From IMG/VR virus record IMGVR_UViG_2576861548_000003, positions 32,001-96,000 of that record: 64,000 bases of DNA; one strand, given 5' to 3'. This document shows, piece after piece, positions 59,901 to 64,000 of the stretch; position 1 is the stretch's first letter; each line of letters starts with the position of its first letter. The DNA comes from a virus. Taxonomy: Duplodnaviria; Caudoviricetes. Below the pieces are notes generated by a model. That model was not told the origin of the DNA. It did no database searches and saw nothing but the letters and a program-made list of their open reading frames with translations. Made by a program: the position numbers and the translations under genes.

Positions 59901-61030
59901 TTGTAAAGGCCTTGGATGGTTTGTTTGGTGCTGATTATTCCCGATACAATGAAATGAAGTCACAATATGAAGCTCTTAATTCTGTGTGGGATGAACTTAT
60001 CAATAAGAAGAAAGAGTATATTGATATGTCTTATGGGGATGAAGCGTATAAAGTTGGGAAAGAGGCCGAAAGCCTGATAAAGCAACAAACCCAAAGATAT
60101 TATGAACTTCTGAATGAATTAAGAAAAAGTGGGTCCAGTATCGGGTCAAGTTCTTTAGGCAAACGAATAGAAAAAAGACTTAATAAAGAAGATTGGGCCA
60201 GAATATCCAGTGCTGTTGGTGAATCTGTAACAAATGCAGAAACTTTATTAAATCTTTCAGCAGAACAGCTAGAAGAAGTGCTTGCCGACCCTAAGCTAGT
60301 CTCTGTCCTCAATACTGTCAACGAAGACTTTATAAAGTATATACAAGATATTGTGAATGGTTCCGAAAAATTAGAGGATATACAGAATCAAGTCAAAGAA
60401 CAGCTTACTCAAGTATCGTTTGATAGCGTGTTTGACAGTTTTGTAGACACTTTGATGAATATGGATAGTTCGGCTAAGGATTTCGCTGATGATTTCACTT
60501 CTTATATGCAAAAAGCTATCCTTTCTACTATGTTAGGAAAGACATATGAAAAACGGTTGCAAGAATGGTATGATGCGTTTGCTTCGGCTAATGAAGATAA
60601 AGGCGGTATCTCTAGTGATGAATATAAGAATCTGCAAGAACAGTGGAATAGCATTGTTAATGATGCCATTAAGGAACGTAATGAATTAAAGGATTTGCTT
60701 GGTTGGAGTTCCGATACTTCCGTTTCGCAAGATTCTACAAAACGAGGGTTTGAAGGAATGTCCCAGGATACAGCAGAAGAACTGAACGGACGTTTCACGG
60801 CTTTGCAGATGGCAGGGGAAGAGATTAAGAATCAAATGATAAATGTTGTTGTTGGAGTTAACTCTTTAATTTCAATCTCAACAGAAGGGAATGTTACCTT
60901 GAGTAATATCCTTAGCCAACACGTAATTACAAATGGCTATTTAGAAGATATTGTGAAACACACAAAGCTGATGCTTGGTTTTGGAGATAAATTTGATAAG
61001 ATGATTACTGTTTTTAATGATAGACTATAA
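56948..61030 (+). CDS. Tape measure protein
   Basis: 1360 aa helical; AATTPFDL..AKQLLAYG..DLNQFTGRGIP. Confidence 0.93.
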   Translation: MAGLHFDITGDNSNFIRKLHECENGVKNTSRQIEQSGLGIEDLFNRMTKAAAAFGVGFTAKELISNIAHVRGEFQQLEVAFKTMLGSEDKANALMQQLVKTAATTPFDLQGVANGAKQLLAYGENVENVNDDLIRLGNIAAGLSQPLGDIVYLYGTTMTQGRLYTADLNQFTGRGIPMIRELAKVFGVAEGKVKGLVEAGRVGFPEVQKVIQNLTNEGGMFFNLMQEQSKTIAGQISNIEDAIATMFNEIGKANEGIINDALSGVSYLVENYEKVGALLLEIVGTYGVYRTALMATTALQALQASGITALTAKEAIHYGWLVLTKKAQDALNLSMLKNPYILVAASIAGLVYGIYKFATAESDTEQAIRKTNDALEAQNNHYEELKNKASQLSNILSDESKSIEERFIAYRKLQRLMPEVFKDMDWEAAKRKTNAELTKLENDELLRQQRIGLKTKVVMSQQKIQGLRSSLIKTQNAGGYTGALKEDLAAAEKELEIYQEALKAFEEAKEESKKAKNAPTVQDKEYWENQKKEAENALESIASSQKRLLDAGNFKGIDTAVVKSYKDNVKKLKEAEKELKVYDTSSKQESAAEKLRKQQEGIRSQNDKISEIERKQAIQRKRQAEDMEMEISQSEINAMADGSEKKRMQRELDNRKEIQSLERQKEDMIQAVIQAEKEIFDAQEELKVKENNKYQKKTFDSSKVDTEKISSIWDTIIGNTSRKQLDDKIREQEASWNEYLIKFGNYQQKRLAIIEKYDRAIKEAETAGDVAILMKEKANALDDFDNSVKNSTTLMGQLFADASQKSVNEIQSIIAKAELLMQYLGAVKDEQGNAQIGGKTVSKKDILGLGISDNTLQNLELSTEQTEALRNAIGRLKEELGAKSPFALFKKQVKEAAGEIAKGGQENIARGIAGIGSAIVQFTPAISQFGQDLGTIFGNDDLGNKIAGISDALGGVGQTAMGVGQIMSGDIVGGAMSAVSGISSVVKALDGLFGADYSRYNEMKSQYEALNSVWDELINKKKEYIDMSYGDEAYKVGKEAESLIKQQTQRYYELLNELRKSGSSIGSSSLGKRIEKRLNKEDWARISSAVGESVTNAETLLNLSAEQLEEVLADPKLVSVLNTVNEDFIKYIQDIVNGSEKLEDIQNQVKEQLTQVSFDSVFDSFVDTLMNMDSSAKDFADDFTSYMQKAILSTMLGKTYEKRLQEWYDAFASANEDKGGISSDEYKNLQEQWNSIVNDAIKERNELKDLLGWSSDTSVSQDSTKRGFEGMSQDTAEELNGRFTALQMAGEEIKNQMINVVVGVNSLISISTEGNVTLSNILSQHVITNGYLEDIVKHTKLMLGFGDKFDKMITVFNDRL

Positions 61031-61031
61031 T

Positions 61032-61454
61032 ATGGCAGCGGGAGAACTTTATATAAATAATAAAGACGCTTATACTACATGGGGTATAAGTATGGATACT
61101 TCTTCTTTATCATCATTGATGACGCCACCTCCAATGAAAGATTTTATAGAAAACAAATCTCGTTTGGAGCACGGCAAGAGGGTCATAACATCAAATCCTA
61201 AAATTGATGAACGGAATATTACATTGACATTTAATCTTACAGCTAAAAATGAAGAGCAATTTTTTTCACGGTACAACTCTTTTTGTGAAGAACTTGCTAC
61301 TGGGGTATTGCATATCAAAAGCAAATATCAACCCAGTATTGTATATAAAACTATTTATTTGTCATGTAATCAGTTCACACAGTTTATGAGAGGAATCGCT
61401 AAATTTTCGTTGAAATTAGTAGAACCTAATCCGACAGATAGGGCTATAACATAA
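61032..61454 (+). CDS. Distal tail protein
   Basis: Follows tape measure; LYINNKDAYTTWG; likely start 61032. Confidence 0.65.
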   Translation: MAAGELYINNKDAYTTWGISMDTSSLSSLMTPPPMKDFIENKSRLEHGKRVITSNPKIDERNITLTFNLTAKNEEQFFSRYNSFCEELATGVLHIKSKYQPSIVYKTIYLSCNQFTQFMRGIAKFSLKLVEPNPTDRAIT

Positions 61455-61463
61455 TTTTAATTA

Positions 61464-61500
61464 TAAAGTGATTGTTTCAATGTCACTTTTGTTATATTTG
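61464..61500 (+). promoter_or_regulatory. Palindromic promoter motif, copy 6 (tail hub)
   Basis: TAAAGTGA-N11-TCACTTTT-N2-TATATTTG. Confidence 0.75.
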
Positions 61501-61541
61501 CATTCAATAAAAGCATTGTGTGAAGGCGCACAAAAACCAAT

Positions 61542-64000
61542 ATGATTAGCATTAAAGACATAACTGGCAAAATACGTTTCTCTTTCGTAGAGAATACCGG
61601 TTCTGTATACCGTAAGACTTTGATGAAAGAAGATTATATTCTTCTTCATTTCAGCGTCTACCAACCGGTTCTTTTTGAGAAGGGAGATTATTGTGAAACA
61701 GAATTTGGACGATTTGAAATTGTTGATCTTGTATTCCCGAAGTACAACACTTCAACAGGAGGCTATGATTATGAACTCCGGCTTGACGCGGAATACTATA
61801 AGTGGAAGAATAAGATCTTGTTCTATGATCGTCAAGGTGGTAACCGCGAAGCTTCATGGAATCTTACCCGTACTCCGGATGCACATCTATCGATAGTGGT
61901 CTCTAACTTAAAATCTTTAGGTTACACATACAACTCAGGAGTAGAATATACTTTTTCTATTGACAGCACAGTAGAGAAGTCTGCTAAGTTGATCCAGTAC
62001 GATAATACGAATATCATTGATGCTTTGACCAAAATAGCGGAAACATGGGACGCTGAATGGTGGATCGTTGATAATGTGATTCATTTGGGCAGATGTGAAT
62101 ATAACACAGCGGTAGATTTTGAACTGAATGGGCTTGTTTCCGAAATGTCTCGTTCTGAAAGCAACGATAATTATGCTACCCGTGTTTACGCTTTCGGTTC
62201 TACCCGCAATCTTCCTACTAATTATCGTCCGGATATAACCGGTGTTGTGGTCGACGGAGTAGTCCAAAGAAGATTGATGCTTCCCGAGGGTACTCCTTAT
62301 GTTGACGCTTTTCCGGATATGTCTACGGAAGAAGCTGTTGAAGAAGTCGTTGTATTTGAGGACGTGTACCCCAAACGTATAGGTACCATGTCAGACGTGA
62401 CCACTAAGGAATACACAGACAAGATTGAGAATGAAGATGGTACCACAACGGAAGTCAAATGGAATGCCTACCGTTTCAGGGATTCCGGCATAACTTTTTC
62501 AAAAGAGTATATTATCCCCGGTCAGGAGTTAAGAATTGTATTTCAGTCAGGTCCTTTAAACGGTATGGACTTCGCTGTTACCTTTAATCCGGGTGCTGCG
62601 GATGAAAAGAACAGTGACGGATCATGGAACTCCGCTGCCCAGTTATGGGAGATCGTAAGGAATGAAGATTACGGCCGCGAACTTCCGTCTGCCCCGTTAA
62701 TCCCTGAGAATGGGAACACTTATGTCTTGTATGGATATGATACAAAATTTGTTTCTGTGTCCATGATTCCTGATGCCGAAAAGGAATTGCTTGAAAAGAC
62801 AAAAAGCTACGTAGAGAAGAGTAAAATAGACCCATCTGTATATACATGCGTCATGGACCCGATAAAAGTGGGTGGATTTAATGGAGGACGCGTTATTGAT
62901 TTGGAGATAGGGGACCGTGTCAATATTATCAATCCGGCTTATGCAATAAAGAGCCGGCAATCTCGTATATATGGCTTTGAAAAGGCACTGGATAAGAAGT
63001 ATGAAGTTACTTATACGGTGGGACAATCGACTAAATATTCTCGTATCGGAGAGATTGAAAGTAAAGTCGAAGCGTTGACATATAAAGGGGAGGCTTTTAC
63101 TGGTTCCGGTACCGGAAGTGTTTACATTGTCGGGCGATACGATAAAACGAGGCTTACTGACCGTAATGCTTTATCTTCCCTTCGGTCTTTGGAAACATTT
63201 TTTCGGAAAGACCAAGAGGATGTTACCTTCTACAAACAGGCCTTTCGTAAAGGTATAGAAATCGGTTGGAATGAATCCGAAGGAAAGCCTACTGCTTCTC
63301 TATATGAGGATGGCATATTAAACGCTGCCGCAGCTATACTGAAGGAATACATCTCTTCGCCTAAGTTTATTCCGGGATTCACCGGAGAAGGCTTTAAAAT
63401 ATATAAAGACGAGTATGGCAACTGGCATATAGAATGCGACATTCTAGATGTGAGGAAAGTTATGAATGTATTTGAGTTGCTTATACAGAAAATACGTTCA
63501 ATAAATGGTGCTCTTGTAATAAGCCAAGCGAACGGGAAAGTCAGTGCAGTTACTGAGACTCCTGATTTGCAATCTTGGATTCTTGAATTTGAGGATGAAG
63601 ATGAAACATTCCAGGCGCACGACTTAGTGAGGTGTCAAGTATTTGATAGAAGAATAATCCAGTCACCGGCTTTTGATTTCACAAAATTTACAGCCTATTT
63701 ATATGATGGTTCAGCCATAGATGATAGCGTAAGGATAACGAACACAAGCATTGAGTTTAGCATGAATAATTCAGCAAATTCAGGCTTTCAGTTATATTTA
63801 CGTCCTGCTGGTCATAGCGAACAAACTCCAATTACTACTAAAGAATGTATTTTAGAAGTATCAGGTCTATATGATGGCATGATGGCTATATGGAATGCAC
63901 TTGATAAAGAAGAAATTGGAATGGAAGGTGTTGGAGGCTTTTTAGTAAATGGCGAAAATACAATTAGAGCTATTACAGAAGCTGATAATGCGTATAACCT
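61542..64000 (+). CDS. Large tail hub/tip protein, truncated by window end (not in ORF track)
   Basis: ATG 61542 MISIKDITGKIRF..LMKEDYILLHF; same frame is open at window end; position after distal tail gene. Confidence 0.8.
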   Translation, partial: MISIKDITGKIRFSFVENTGSVYRKTLMKEDYILLHFSVYQPVLFEKGDYCETEFGRFEIVDLVFPKYNTSTGGYDYELRLDAEYYKWKNKILFYDRQGGNREASWNLTRTPDAHLSIVVSNLKSLGYTYNSGVEYTFSIDSTVEKSAKLIQYDNTNIIDALTKIAETWDAEWWIVDNVIHLGRCEYNTAVDFELNGLVSEMSRSESNDNYATRVYAFGSTRNLPTNYRPDITGVVVDGVVQRRLMLPEGTPYVDAFPDMSTEEAVEEVVVFEDVYPKRIGTMSDVTTKEYTDKIENEDGTTTEVKWNAYRFRDSGITFSKEYIIPGQELRIVFQSGPLNGMDFAVTFNPGAADEKNSDGSWNSAAQLWEIVRNEDYGRELPSAPLIPENGNTYVLYGYDTKFVSVSMIPDAEKELLEKTKSYVEKSKIDPSVYTCVMDPIKVGGFNGGRVIDLEIGDRVNIINPAYAIKSRQSRIYGFEKALDKKYEVTYTVGQSTKYSRIGEIESKVEALTYKGEAFTGSGTGSVYIVGRYDKTRLTDRNALSSLRSLETFFRKDQEDVTFYKQAFRKGIEIGWNESEGKPTASLYEDGILNAAAAILKEYISSPKFIPGFTGEGFKIYKDEYGNWHIECDILDVRKVMNVFELLIQKIRSINGALVISQANGKVSAVTETPDLQSWILEFEDEDETFQAHDLVRCQVFDRRIIQSPAFDFTKFTAYLYDGSAIDDSVRITNTSIEFSMNNSANSGFQLYLRPAGHSEQTPITTKECILEVSGLYDGMMAIWNALDKEEIGMEGVGGFLVNGENTIRAITEADNAYN

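Noticed and set aside
61651-63442. Short ORFs listed in the last 2.4 kb
   Set aside because: Antisense or out-of-frame shadows of the long tail gene starting at 61542
61542-64000. Remote DGR variable region in the tail gene
   Set aside because: No TR-like sequence seen by eye in the available part; the gene end lies outside the window, so this remains untested

Overview
The window is most of a temperate Bacteroidales (Bacteroides/Phocaeicola-type) siphovirus genome or prophage. Order: integrase, tRNA-Thr att-like fragment, CI/Cro switch, Bet/YqaJ recombination, a diversity-generating retroelement (DGR), antirepressor, Panacea toxin-antitoxin pair, DNA MTase, DUF4373 initiator, many small early genes, a cluster of atypical tRNAs, a four-gene enzyme operon ahead of the terminase, portal, MuF-alarmone toxin cassette, capsid, tail, tape measure and a tail gene cut by the window end. 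Main leads: (1) a candidate amino-acid DNA hypermodification operon (Cys-cluster/GNAT, PLP racemase, amidoligase fused to a Mom-like region, ParB) with two anticodon-defective tRNA-Gly genes; (2) an Avd-less DGR whose one template repeat matches two small early-region paralogs; (3) a putative sRNA antisense to the shared AGAGCAATGAAAAC start region of many phage genes; (4) a repeated palindromic promoter, leader hairpins, two kissing-loop leaders and a remote iteron copy. Protein family calls are by-eye motif recognition; no searches were run.
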